Part shown: positions 1 to 8,279 of the stretch, one piece after another | Layout: each line of letters starts with the position of its first letter | How positions within the stretch are numbered: position 1 is the stretch's first letter | Origin: a virus | IMG/VR virus record: IMGVR_UViG_3300027850_000002 | Span: 1-64,000 of that record | Strand: one strand, 5' to 3' | Length of the DNA stretch: 64,000 bases | Translations under genes and position numbers: made by a program | Notes under the pieces: model-generated | The model's database searches: none | What the model saw: the letters and a program-made list of their open reading frames with translations, nothing else | Told to the model about the DNA's origin: nothing

Positions 1-161
1 CCAAGGTCCACTTGGTCGAGCAGGTTCAACCAGTCCGTGTTGGGCTCGCACATCGGCGTCCACTGGTTCGGGTCACTACGACCTCGCACCTCTATCTCGT
101 AGTGGATGACGCCTGCGATGTCACGCTTCAGGTTGAAGCTGATACTCCACGTTACCGTCAT
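1..161 (-). CDS. H-C3 zinc-finger family protein (truncated by window edge)
   Basis: Manual translation MTVTWSISFNLKRDIAGVIHYE...MCEP; ATG at 161 overlaps TGA of 158..487; DxxGVIH motif. Confidence 0.65.
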   Translation of the reverse strand, partial: MTVTWSISFNLKRDIAGVIHYEIEVRGRSDPNQWTPMCEPNTDWLNLLDQVDL

Positions 162-487
162 CTCGCTAGACATTCGAAACACGTGACCACGCGAACAGGA
201 TCATCGGCCTTTCGATTCTGCACCGCATGGAACACTGTCCATGAATGTGTAACGCCCTGCTCGTCCGTCCACGACGACGGAACGATGCCCTTCTCACGCC
301 ACCAATTCGGATGGTACTCCGTGCGACGGATGCACTCGGCTCCGATCGCCTCCATCTCGGCATGCACGATGGGCGGATAGAGCGAGCCCACCATCGTGTT
401 GTACAGCTCAGTTCGTTGTTCGAAGCCTCGAAGGAGGCTCTCGTTGTCCCACTTCATCAAGTCTTCAGACACGAGGACCATAAACAT
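158..487 (-). CDS. H-C3 zinc-finger family protein with N-terminal extension
   Basis: DEQGVTH...VVTCFECLA; middle Cys not evident. Confidence 0.7.
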   Translation of the reverse strand: MFMVLVSEDLMKWDNESLLRGFEQRTELYNTMVGSLYPPIVHAEMEAIGAECIRRTEYHPNWWREKGIVPSSWTDEQGVTHSWTVFHAVQNRKADDPVRVVTCFECLAR

Positions 488-533
488 CTCCTTCCCCGAT
501 GGAACGTTGGTCCGCTCCGCGGATCATCGATCA

Positions 534-719
534 TCACACCCACGCGGCCATGCACCGCAGGCACGTCACCGTTCGTTCCTCTATCGTCTGGAACCGTCGG
601 TGAATGGGTTCATCGCAATCCCCGATGTCGATGTTGCACAAGGTCCACCACGTGTTGCCCCAAAGGTTCACGAGGTGAACGAGGCCTTCATCGATAAGAA
701 GTACAGGTTGAACTTTCAT
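534..719 (-). CDS. H-C3 zinc-finger family protein
   Basis: DEGLVH...LC...TCLRCMA; ATGA overlap start at 719. Confidence 0.7.
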   Translation of the reverse strand: MKVQPVLLIDEGLVHLVNLWGNTWWTLCNIDIGDCDEPIHRRFQTIEERTVTCLRCMAAWV

Positions 720-898
720 GACAATGGCACTTTGAAGAACGTGTCGTAGTAGATACGTGCGAGGCACGTCGGTGCATCACGGATGAGCTGCGTGTCTCTA
801 TCCGGTGCGTAGGGCCCGTAACACACCGGACGTGGGCCGAATGCTTTCATCTTCATGATGTGCACGAGCCCGTCGGAGCTTCGCCACTGTTGCTTCAT
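716..898 (-). CDS. H-C3 zinc-finger family protein (last Cys lost)
   Basis: SDGLVH...VC...PTCLARI. Confidence 0.65.
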   Translation of the reverse strand: MKQQWRSSDGLVHIMKMKAFGPRPVCYGPYAPDRDTQLIRDAPTCLARIYYDTFFKVPLS

Positions 899-1080
899 GG
901 CCGTCGCATCCGCGTCGCAATGCACCACAGACATGTCGGCATGTCTTTGCTCAAGGCCTCACCTTCCTTGGGGTGGCGCTTCGAGTAGCAGATGGGCCAC
1001 ACGACGGACGGGTTGCGCCCTATAACCAGCATCGTCTCCACGATGTGGACGATGTCCTCGTGATCGCGCCACGTCACCAC
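895..1080 (-). CDS. H-C3 zinc-finger family protein
   Basis: DHEDIVH...IC...PTCLWCIA. Confidence 0.7.
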   Translation of the reverse strand: MVTWRDHEDIVHIVETMLVIGRNPSVVWPICYSKRHPKEGEALSKDMPTCLWCIATRMRRP

Positions 1081-1289
1081 TTGATGATCCCCGGTTCGCC
1101 ATCCTTACGAATGAGACCTGAATCGAAACGGTCGAACGAGTCCGCAATGCACCACAGACACGTCGGAACCGCGATGATCACGCGGTCGGGTGGCGGTCGG
1201 TAGTGACCCGTGCACGCCATCACAAATGAACCCCCGAGCAAGATGTGCACGAGACCATCACCGTCGATCCAGAAAAGTTCTGTGGTCAC
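1074..1289 (-). CDS. H-C3 zinc-finger family protein
   Basis: DGDGLVH...AC...PTCLWCIA; GTGA overlap start. Confidence 0.7.
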   Translation of the reverse strand: MTTELFWIDGDGLVHILLGGSFVMACTGHYRPPPDRVIIAVPTCLWCIADSFDRFDSGLIRKDGEPGIIKW

Positions 1290-1483
1290 AGCGCGTCTAC
1301 CTTGGCGATGCACTGCAGACATGTGAGGACGACGTTAGCCCCGACCAGCTTGAACATGGAGCGGGTCCGAAGCGCGTAGCCTGACGTCGAGCATATGGTG
1401 TACGTATCCCACGTAACGTCGTCAGGGCCGAGGTGGACGAGACTGTTGTCGTCAACCCACTGTGCGTAACCGCTCAGGGTCAT
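1286..1483 (-). CDS. H-C3 zinc-finger family protein
   Basis: DDNSLVH...IC...LTCLQCIA. Confidence 0.7.
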   Translation of the reverse strand: MTLSGYAQWVDDNSLVHLGPDDVTWDTYTICSTSGYALRTRSMFKLVGANVVLTCLQCIAKVDAL

Positions 1484-1846
1484 AGTGTACCTTTCACACT
1501 GGTTTGTAGGGTATCCCCTAGATGTTTATGAAATAAGCACACGGTCGTCGGCATCGTGCAAATTTGACACATACGTAGAAAGCGCGAGACGCCGGCGCTC
1601 GGTTGGTTTACCCCATAAACAAGATTGTCAAGACCCTTGCAGTCCTAAAGAGGGATCTGCACAGTCGTCCTAATGGCAGACAGCACTCACCTGAACCCGG
1701 AACCGCGTGCCATGTCGCTTCTTGCAGGGCTTCAGCTCGCGAACAAGAACATTCCCGCAGCGGAGGAGCAGCTCGTCGAGCTGATCGCGTGGCTTGCGTT
1801 CGATCGACCGACAGCAATTCCGCCTGCGCCTACAGAGGACGATATT

Positions 1847-2221
1847 ATGCGAATTCTCGTCGTGGATGATTATCCCGACACTGCTGAACTCATCTGTCAG
1901 CTCGCCTCACTCCTTGGCCATATCACGCGCCCTGCGTTCACGGGACGCGATGCCATCAAATACGCGCACGAGTTCCAACCGGACCTCGTCATTCTCGATA
2001 TAGGCCTACCCGACATTCGCGGTGATGAGGTCGCTCGGTTGTTGTTTGCGATGCCCAAACCTCCGCACATCGTCGCGATGTCTGGTTGGACGACGGGAGG
2101 ACACCGTGAACGAGCAATGGAAGCAGGGTGCAAACAGTTCTTCGTGAAGCCGTTCAACCTCGAGATGATGCGCAAGTTGCTCGAGAAGCCGGAACAGTTT
2201 TGGCTCGACCAACCGACGTAG
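1847..2221 (+). CDS. Single-domain (CheY-like) response regulator
   Basis: RILVVDD, PDLVILDIGLP (phosphoacceptor Asp), AMSGW, FVKPF; GAGGA RBS before ATG 1847 (ORF open from 1673). Confidence 0.9.
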   Translation: MRILVVDDYPDTAELICQLASLLGHITRPAFTGRDAIKYAHEFQPDLVILDIGLPDIRGDEVARLLFAMPKPPHIVAMSGWTTGGHRERAMEAGCKQFFVKPFNLEMMRKLLEKPEQFWLDQPT

Positions 2222-2224
2222 ACA

Positions 2225-2647
2225 TCACGCGGAGAAACGTTCGATGGTGCGGCTGTACGCACGCATCAGACGCGGCGAGACAGTGATGGCCTTGATGCGG
2301 CGCAGGGCCATTGCCTTCGACGTCACGATGCTCTTTTGCTGACCTTCGGATTGGTAGCCAGCATCTTCGATGCCCCACCACACACTGTTGATGAGGGGCA
2401 CGAGCGGGATCTTCAGGACGTCGAACTGTAGACGGATGACCCGCAGCTCGTGAAGTTGCGCTCGGCCGCAGGTCATGGTTTCGAGGCACATGTTCATGTC
2501 CTCGATGTCATCCTTGCGTTTGCATGGCGGCTTTCGAAACAGCACGACGTAGTGCGCCAGCTCGTGGAGGCAGTAGTCGAGGTCTCCACTGGACCCGCGC
2601 TGCGTGTCGATTCTGTTGAAGTTGATGACGAGGTTGGTTTCGTTCAT
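2225..2647 (-). CDS. Hypothetical protein with HExxH motif
   Basis: LHELAH; ATGA overlap start. Confidence 0.55.
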   Translation of the reverse strand: MNETNLVINFNRIDTQRGSSGDLDYCLHELAHYVVLFRKPPCKRKDDIEDMNMCLETMTCGRAQLHELRVIRLQFDVLKIPLVPLINSVWWGIEDAGYQSEGQQKSIVTSKAMALRRIKAITVSPRLMRAYSRTIERFSA

Positions 2648-2856
2648 GGTGGATTCACAACCGAGAGACACCACAAACACGTCACAGGCGTGTCGGGCGG
2701 TAAGTCGAGGGGCTTCGTAGCGATCTCAGGACCAAAGTCCAAACACAGGCGATACCACACAGCGTCATCTATGATTTCATACTTCCACAGTACATGGACG
2801 ATACCGTTTACATCGATGACGCGCGCGTGCACGAGGGTGTAGTTTGGTTCACCCAT
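2644..2856 (-). CDS. H-C3 zinc-finger family protein
   Basis: DVNGIVH...LC...VTCLWCLS. Confidence 0.7.
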   Translation of the reverse strand: MGEPNYTLVHARVIDVNGIVHVLWKYEIIDDAVWYRLCLDFGPEIATKPLDLPPDTPVTCLWCLSVVNPP

Positions 2857-3031
2857 CGCGAGCCACGCATTGCAGGCACGTTGCAAGCATGTAGGGCGGT
2901 TTCGGTCTGACCCACTTCTCGCCATGGCAATCGCCGCCACACAGGAAGTAGAACAACATACCGTTGTAGCCACGGTCCACGTGCTCTCGCACGACGTGCA
3001 CAAGGTTATTTTTGCGGTCGAAGAGTGTCAT
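2849..3031 (-). CDS. H-C3 zinc-finger family protein
   Basis: DRKNNLVH...LC...ATCLQCVA. Confidence 0.7.
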   Translation of the reverse strand: MTLFDRKNNLVHVVREHVDRGYNGMLFYFLCGGDCHGEKWVRPKPPYMLATCLQCVARDG

Positions 3032-3228
3032 GGGTTTCTTTTCGCGATGCACTCGAAGCACGTGGGAACTGCATCAGCGCACCAGCGCCACGCGAGAATC
3101 GTGTCTTCGCTGGCGCATTCGACGTAGACCGTGCTGCCTAGATGTTCGTGCTCGGTCTGAGAGGCGATATGGACCAGTCCGTCCTTGCGCTCGAGACTGC
3201 GGATGCTTCGGTAGTGGACGTCGGTCAC
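3028..3228 (-). CDS. H-C3 zinc-finger family protein
   Basis: KDGLVH...EC...PTCFECIA. Confidence 0.7.
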   Translation of the reverse strand: MTDVHYRSIRSLERKDGLVHIASQTEHEHLGSTVYVECASEDTILAWRWCADAVPTCFECIAKRNP

Positions 3229-3416
3229 AGGTCGAACATCCGCCCCGGGCGGTTCCCTAGACACGTCAGGCACGTTGGAAACCCTTTCTCATTCACGGTC
3301 TGAAGAAAGACCTTGGGCGCGTTGCACAAAACGTCGTAGTTCCATGGCTGCATGGGATCGACGATTGCGATGTGAACGACGTGGTTGCGGTCCCTAACCA
3401 GGACCGACGCCGACAA
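3225..3416 (-). CDS. H-C3 zinc-finger family protein
   Basis: DRNHVVH...LC...PTCLTCLG; TTG start after GAGGAG. Confidence 0.7.
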   Translation of the reverse strand: MSASVLVRDRNHVVHIAIVDPMQPWNYDVLCNAPKVFLQTVNEKGFPTCLTCLGNRPGRMFDL

Positions 3417-3699
3417 GCTGCTCCTCGAGAAACGTGCGTGTGATGACGGCACTGCGTTTGGCCCACGCGTCGTCGGCGTCTTCATCGGGGATGGTGTTGC
3501 CAGGTCCAAACAACCGCCGCATCAGTTCGACGACGGGTCCCAGCCCTGTGTGGGACGTCCGCTTTTCAGGTACGTCGAACAGCGCGATCTCTGCGAGCAA
3601 CGCGAGCTGCAGGCCCAGCGATTCCTTGCTGCGGGCGTACATCGCGGGCCGCGTGCCCATTGCATCGATGCGTTCGTAGATGAATTCGCGTAGCGTCAT
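3394..3699 (-). CDS. Hypothetical protein
   Basis: MTLREFIYERIDAMGTRPAMY...; protein-like helical ORF. Confidence 0.55.
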   Translation of the reverse strand: MTLREFIYERIDAMGTRPAMYARSKESLGLQLALLAEIALFDVPEKRTSHTGLGPVVELMRRLFGPGNTIPDEDADDAWAKRSAVITRTFLEEQLVGVGPG

Positions 3700-3739
3700 T
3701 TCGTCACGTTTTGGTTCCGTCATTGCATTCCTTACAGGT

Positions 3740-4051
3740 ATGTCGAAACGAACTACGCCCACATCTGAAGCCGTCTCCACACAAGGTCCCGAGACCACTC
3801 CGGATGTTGCAGAAAACCCGTTCCGTGCCGAGGCCGAGGCGAACATGGCCAAGATGGACCGGCTGCGTCTCGAGCACATCGCGCAGGAGCGCGGTGTCAC
3901 AGTCGCACAGCTGCTCGAGGCGGACGGGGCGCAGGCGCCCACCAAGCCCGCAGGTGACTCCCCTCGCAAGAAGGCTGTTACGGGCGTGCTGGAGGCTGTC
4001 GAGCATGTGAAGGAGTCGATTCGCGAATCCGAAAAACACGCACGGCACTAG
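3740..4051 (+). CDS. Hypothetical protein
   Basis: MSKRTTPT...; divergent plus-strand ORF with GC3-rich codons. Confidence 0.5.
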   Translation: MSKRTTPTSEAVSTQGPETTPDVAENPFRAEAEANMAKMDRLRLEHIAQERGVTVAQLLEADGAQAPTKPAGDSPRKKAVTGVLEAVEHVKESIRESEKHARH

Positions 4052-4323
4052 TCGTCATCGTCTTGATAGCTAGTGCCGTCTTCGTCAACGTCATCGAAGA
4101 GATCCCGTGACGGCGAATCGACGAACGTGAACCCGACGCACGTGAAGCAGGTGAGCACGGGCTCGTCTGTCACCTCAGCGTCTCGCACCACGCCGTCGTC
4201 GTGTTGGGGCGCGTACATACGGTCACTGCCGACACGCAACGCTGCGTGGATGAGTCCCTTGGAGCACTTCAGGTGCAGTACCGGGAACTTTGCGCCGTCG
4301 AGCGTGACGATGTCGCCGATCAG
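4048..4323 (-). CDS. H-C3 zinc-finger family protein (start uncertain)
   Basis: Frame open upstream of the track start: CSKGLIH...VLTCFTCVG; no ATG/GTG found. Confidence 0.55.
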   Translation of the reverse strand: MIGDIVTLDGAKFPVLHLKCSKGLIHAALRVGSDRMYAPQHDDGVVRDAEVTDEPVLTCFTCVGFTFVDSPSRDLFDDVDEDGTSYQDDDD

Positions 4324-5219
4324 AATTCACCCAGCAGGCGACGAAACGCGTTGGTCAGCTGGTTTGCGTACCATTTGTAGTACGCCTGCTTGGTCCATCC
4401 ATCCTCGGGATCGTAGTTGTCCGCGAGCATGAAGCCCTGGTGGTCGACGTTGAAATGAACACCACGCTCGTTGACGTTCACTGACCAACGTTTGCCCTGT
4501 GGACATTCGCTACCTGCGAGTAGTGTTCTCTCGCGCGGCTTCGCTTTCAGGTGCGGCCTATATGCAAGCCAACCATCGACCGTCCAGTTGACGACCCACT
4601 TCTGCTTGGCGTCTGCCGCCCAGTCCGGCCCGATCAACTCACGCAGATGCTCTTCATCGGTGAGTCCAGGGTAGCGTGGCAAGTAGCCGAGCTTGGAAAT
4701 CAGCTCTTGGGTGAATTCCATCCAAGGCAGCCCGCCCTCGCGCGGTGCACTGTCATCGACGATGCACGCGTTGCAGCGAGATGTGCCTGTTGACTCGTGC
4801 ACGTGTTCCCACGGCAGCCCAGTCACGGCGTTGTAGAGCCACGGAGGCGATTTCTGCGTCGTTCCATGGTTGTCCGGATTCCGTGGGTATGTGGCCGCAT
4901 GGGGACGACTGATTTCAGCAACGTCCACGCACCACAATCCACATAGATCGCATTGCTCGTGGTCGGGCGTGCGGGGCTCGGTCGGCGCCTTTCGCTTTGC
5001 CTTGTTCGCCGCGTTCGCGCTCTTGTAGCTCTCGCGCTTCGGCTTCTTCGCTGGCACACAGATACATGGCGGCGTTCCGTCATGGATGGCACGACGTGCC
5101 TTGCACTTTACTTCAACGCGATCGTAGTGCCCCTCTCCCTGTGGGATCGATACGTATTGACGCTTGCGCGTCGTCTTCTTTTTCTTAGGTGTCATCTTCG
5201 TCCTCCGAAGTCCAGACAA
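4320..5219 (-). CDS. Hypothetical Cys-containing protein
   Basis: 299-aa ORF, basic N-terminus, CxxC pairs. Confidence 0.6.
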   Translation of the reverse strand: MSGLRRTKMTPKKKKTTRKRQYVSIPQGEGHYDRVEVKCKARRAIHDGTPPCICVPAKKPKRESYKSANAANKAKRKAPTEPRTPDHEQCDLCGLWCVDVAEISRPHAATYPRNPDNHGTTQKSPPWLYNAVTGLPWEHVHESTGTSRCNACIVDDSAPREGGLPWMEFTQELISKLGYLPRYPGLTDEEHLRELIGPDWAADAKQKWVVNWTVDGWLAYRPHLKAKPRERTLLAGSECPQGKRWSVNVNERGVHFNVDHQGFMLADNYDPEDGWTKQAYYKWYANQLTNAFRRLLGEF

Positions 5220-5430
5220 CCACCACTGTTGTTACGGTTAGCTTGACGCCGTACCGCGTACCGCACTTCTCACATGTTACTGGACCGTGTCGGTTGACGT
5301 CCGTCAGGACGTCCGACGGCGCCTCCTCGAGTGTGTACTCCATGAGCAAGCAGTCGCCGCTCTTGGACTGAAAGCCCGCGACGGTTTGACACGTCGGACA
5401 CGGCACGTTGACGGTATCGAACATGCCCAT
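5185..5430 (-). CDS. Small zinc-ribbon phage protein
   Basis: MGMFDTV..CPTC..FQSK..C..CEKC. Confidence 0.65.
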   Translation of the reverse strand: MGMFDTVNVPCPTCQTVAGFQSKSGDCLLMEYTLEEAPSDVLTDVNRHGPVTCEKCGTRYGVKLTVTTVVVVWTSEDEDDT

Positions 5431-5432
5431 GA

Positions 5433-5651
5433 CTACTTCTTCTTCCTCTTGGGCTTGGCCTTCGTCTTCACGGGACCAACGACGTCCCACTCCATCTCGC
5501 ATTCACCTTCCGAAGATAGACGGCGGTACACGTTGCTCTCGTCGACGAAGTTCTCGATGTCCATCCCGTTCTCGAGGTTGGCGAACTCAGCGTCCGTTAA
5601 CGCCTTCGTCAAACGCATTTCTAATCGCACAGTGACTTCGATGGTTTTCAT
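5433..5651 (-). CDS. Hypothetical protein
   Basis: 72-aa ORF in the operon flow. Confidence 0.5.
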   Translation of the reverse strand: MKTIEVTVRLEMRLTKALTDAEFANLENGMDIENFVDESNVYRRLSSEGECEMEWDVVGPVKTKAKPKRKKK

Positions 5652-6051
5652 GTTGCCTTCTTCAGCATCTTCCTAAACGTCGCCATGTTCTCAGGACATT
5701 GCATCGCTACGATATCGATCCAGCCACCGTCCATACCGAGCCATGTGGCAACGGCGTTGGCTGCCCAGTACATCATCTCACCGTCCATCTGTGTATCTTT
5801 TCCGTAGTGCGACCGCACTACCGTCAAGATGATTCAAGCAGTGCCGTCCGCTTGCATCATGCCTTGAGTTCCGAGCGTCGCCTTCTTCGCAGCGCGCTTG
5901 TCTTTCTTGGTTAGCGTGAGCGTTGCGTCTCTGTTCATTATGGCTTCCTCCAGTAGCGGGTGACCTTGACGACTCCGTGGAGCCGCGTGTGAGCCTTGAC
6001 GCGGGTCAGAAACCCGAGCCACTGCATGACGATGTTTATCATGTAAACCTT

Positions 6052-6267
6052 TCAAGCGAGCGCACACACGAAGCACGTCGGAACACGGGGTTCTTTCGTC
6101 TTCGCAAAACTACGCGGAGAAATCGTTACGACGTAGACGGGTTCACACGGCAGGTACACAACCGTGGCCTTGCCAAACGATTCCCAGTCCGTGACAACGT
6201 GCACGAGCCCATCGCGCTCGAAGTAGCGACGCTTCTTGTTAGGGTCGAGAACGCGCGGGTTTTTCAC
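6052..6267 (-). CDS. H-C3 zinc-finger family protein
   Basis: ERDGLVH...PC...PTCFVCAL. Confidence 0.7.
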   Translation of the reverse strand: MKNPRVLDPNKKRRYFERDGLVHVVTDWESFGKATVVYLPCEPVYVVTISPRSFAKTKEPRVPTCFVCALA

Positions 6268-6453
6268 GGCCGCCCTTTTCGCCGATGTTCCGCGATGCAC
6301 CAGAAGCAGGTGGCCTCGGGCGCGTCATCGTCCGCGTGGCATTGGTTCAGGTAGAGCGCGTACTCCGAGAGACACCACGCGACTTTTGAGCCGTTTGCTA
6401 TCAGGTACCGCGTGATGTGCGATGCCGGTTGAATCGATCCATCGAATGACCAT
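6264..6453 (-). pseudogene. Frameshifted H-C3 zinc-finger gene
   Basis: GGAGG-ATG(6453) gives MVIRWIDSTGIAH in one frame; WC...ATCFWCIAE lies in another; restoring 2 nt near 6417 rejoins them. Confidence 0.6.
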
Positions 6454-6465
6454 CGGCCTCCGTGT

Positions 6466-6500
6466 CGAAAAAAGAAGGCGCCGCATTCCTGCGACGCCTC
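6466..6500 (-). terminator. Intrinsic terminator closing the repeat array
   Basis: Minus strand GAGGCGTCGCA-GGAA-TGCGGCGCCTT (11-bp stem incl. G-U, GNRA loop) followed by CTTTTTT. Confidence 0.85.
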
Positions 6501-7681
6501 CAGTATAGCCCCTCCAGTGATCACTAGACCAATCCGCTCACAGCGTTTCCAATGCAGCATATCCAGTCATTCGCATGCACGTCCTCACCTCCGTCGTCCG
6601 TTCTATCACCGCGTTTCCAGTCATCCCCGCCACCATGCATGACCATTCCTTTGGCGTTACCGCCATTGTTTCCCGTTTAACACCCATCCAATCACCCCAA
6701 ACCCATTGCAGCCATTCCGGTGCGGTGTGCTCCCATCAGAGCCAAGCCTTCACGGCCCGTTCCGGTGCAGCCATACCATTGCTCTCCGAAGCATTGAATG
6801 CCCCGAGTTTCCCCTGCAGCTGTCCCCCTGTATCGTAGCCCTAACATCACCCGTGCACGCCTATGCGGCCCTACATCTCCAGTGCTTTCCTTCGACGCCT
6901 ACCGTAGGCCGCTCCGCTCCAATGCCGCCGTTCCTTTATCTTGCGGACCACTCGACGCCTCACGCTTCCTATGCAGCCATTCCTAACCGCCTACTTTCCC
7001 CACGCCTCCGTGCCCCACCTGTGACCTCGCCGCCTCTGCAGCTTCTCCACTCGTCACAGTGCCAACCATCACCCGACATTTCCTTTGCAGCCTTTCCGAT
7101 GTGCTCCACGCGAGACAAGTCCTACGTTGTCCACTGCCGCCGGTCCGTTGCCGCCCCGCCCTCTCCACGCGCATCGCACCTAGTCCATAGTACGCTTCGC
7201 GCACCCGCCCCAATGCTGCCTTTCCATCCCTCAACTTTCACTACCTATCAGGTCATTTCCGGTGCTGCCGTTCCAATGCGTCCACTTCATATCCCATGAC
7301 GTCCTGTCGCAATGCGGCAAGTCCGCCCGGCACCACTGCTCGCTCTTCCTCACGCAACCTATACAGCCTATCCACTCCACGCAGTTGACGTCGCACCCTT
7401 ACACCTCATCCACGCTCCACTGCCGCCCTCGCAATCGCGCCCTTCGACTCCTTACATCCACAATCCGATGCAGCATCTCCATTAAGATCCAACACGGTCC
7501 TGACCCATCAGGTCCGGTCGCCTCCCCTGCCGCCACTCACTCAAAAAACAACCCGCAAATCGAATCCATTGCTCTCCGATGCGATCGTTTCCTCACCCTT
7601 CAGAACCAACCCCACGCCGCCTATCCAATGACGTCCGGTGAAGATCGAACCAGCCTAGACGTTCCCTCTGCAGCCACTCAC
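6501..7681 (-). ncRNA. Array of 21 pentamer-periodic units (NN-GGH)n punctuated by a TGCA/GGCA-like tetramer; putative VIPR-like guide RNA array
   Basis: Plus-strand tgcNgc(c)-like motifs at 6504,6553,6607,6658,6707,6766,6815,6864,6923,6972,7037,7086,7135,7214,7263,7313,7362,7421,7469,7528,7615,7669; 16 of 21 spacings equal 5n+4; internal (t/g/a)cc-NN period; no credible ORF. Confidence 0.8.
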
Positions 7682-7685
7682 CCTC

Positions 7686-7716
7686 ACGCCGCGTTGCTGT
7701 CGAGGCAACGAAGCGT
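7686..7716 (-). other. Leader hairpin between partner gene and array
   Basis: acgc..cgttgc(7692-7697)/gcaacg(7705-7710)..gcgt inverted repeat. Confidence 0.5.
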
Positions 7717-7727
7717 AAAGCCGCTGG

Positions 7728-8258
7728 CTACTTCTTCTTCGTCTTGGCCTTCTTCACCGAAGCCTTGACCGCACGCATCGCAGCCATGATGCCAGGCATC
7801 GCAGCCTTGGCCCACCCGTACTTCGCGTGCCGCGCCTTCCACGCCTCGAGCTGCGCGAGCGCCTGCTCGATGACCTGGTCGGCCAGGTCCGGCGTGTCGA
7901 ACACGAACGTTGCGGCCTCGTAGCTGCGATGGTTTTCCGAGTCCCGTACGTTGAAGTACATTTTCATCGGGACCTTCTTGCCCTTGGCGTCCTCGAGCAC
8001 CACCTCGATGGAACGGAGCAGAGCACGCGCCTGCGTCAGCCGAAACTGATGGGCTGCTTTGTGATCGTCCCATTCGAAGTAGCGGTACATCGGCGAGCCG
8101 GTTTTGCTCGCCTCATTGAGCACACGCTCTGCCGTCAACAGTCCGGTCTTCTTGAGCTGCTCGAAGATCTGGCCGAGCACCGGAGCATCCGATTCGCGTA
8201 CCCGAGAGCCGGGCGCGACGCGAAAGGTCATCTTCACGCCTGGTTTTCCTGCCGTCAT
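7728..8258 (-). CDS. Conserved phage protein, accessory partner of the RAMP-like gene
   Basis: LTAERVL..A....SP....FEWDD..AA..FRL.QAR.L.R signature; sits between the RAMP gene and the array. Confidence 0.75.
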   Translation of the reverse strand: MTAGKPGVKMTFRVAPGSRVRESDAPVLGQIFEQLKKTGLLTAERVLNEASKTGSPMYRYFEWDDHKAAHQFRLTQARALLRSIEVVLEDAKGKKVPMKMYFNVRDSENHRSYEAATFVFDTPDLADQVIEQALAQLEAWKARHAKYGWAKAAMPGIMAAMRAVKASVKKAKTKKK

Positions 8259-8279
8259 TCATTTCTCCTTGGTCAACAA

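Noticed and set aside
1673-1846. 58-aa N-terminal extension of the response regulator
   Set aside because: A better RBS and ATG lie at 1847, exactly where the receiver domain begins.
6501-7681. Canonical CRISPR array
   Set aside because: There are no 23-47 nt identical direct repeats; the conserved element is only 4-7 nt and the interiors are themselves periodic; no cas1/cas2.
6575-7768. ORFs 6575..6838, 6706..7299, 6798..6986, 6983..7234 and 7262..7768 over the array
   Set aside because: Pro/Ser/His- or Gly/Arg-rich translations with no RBS or family motifs. The period is 5, not 3, so these are by-products of the C-rich array.
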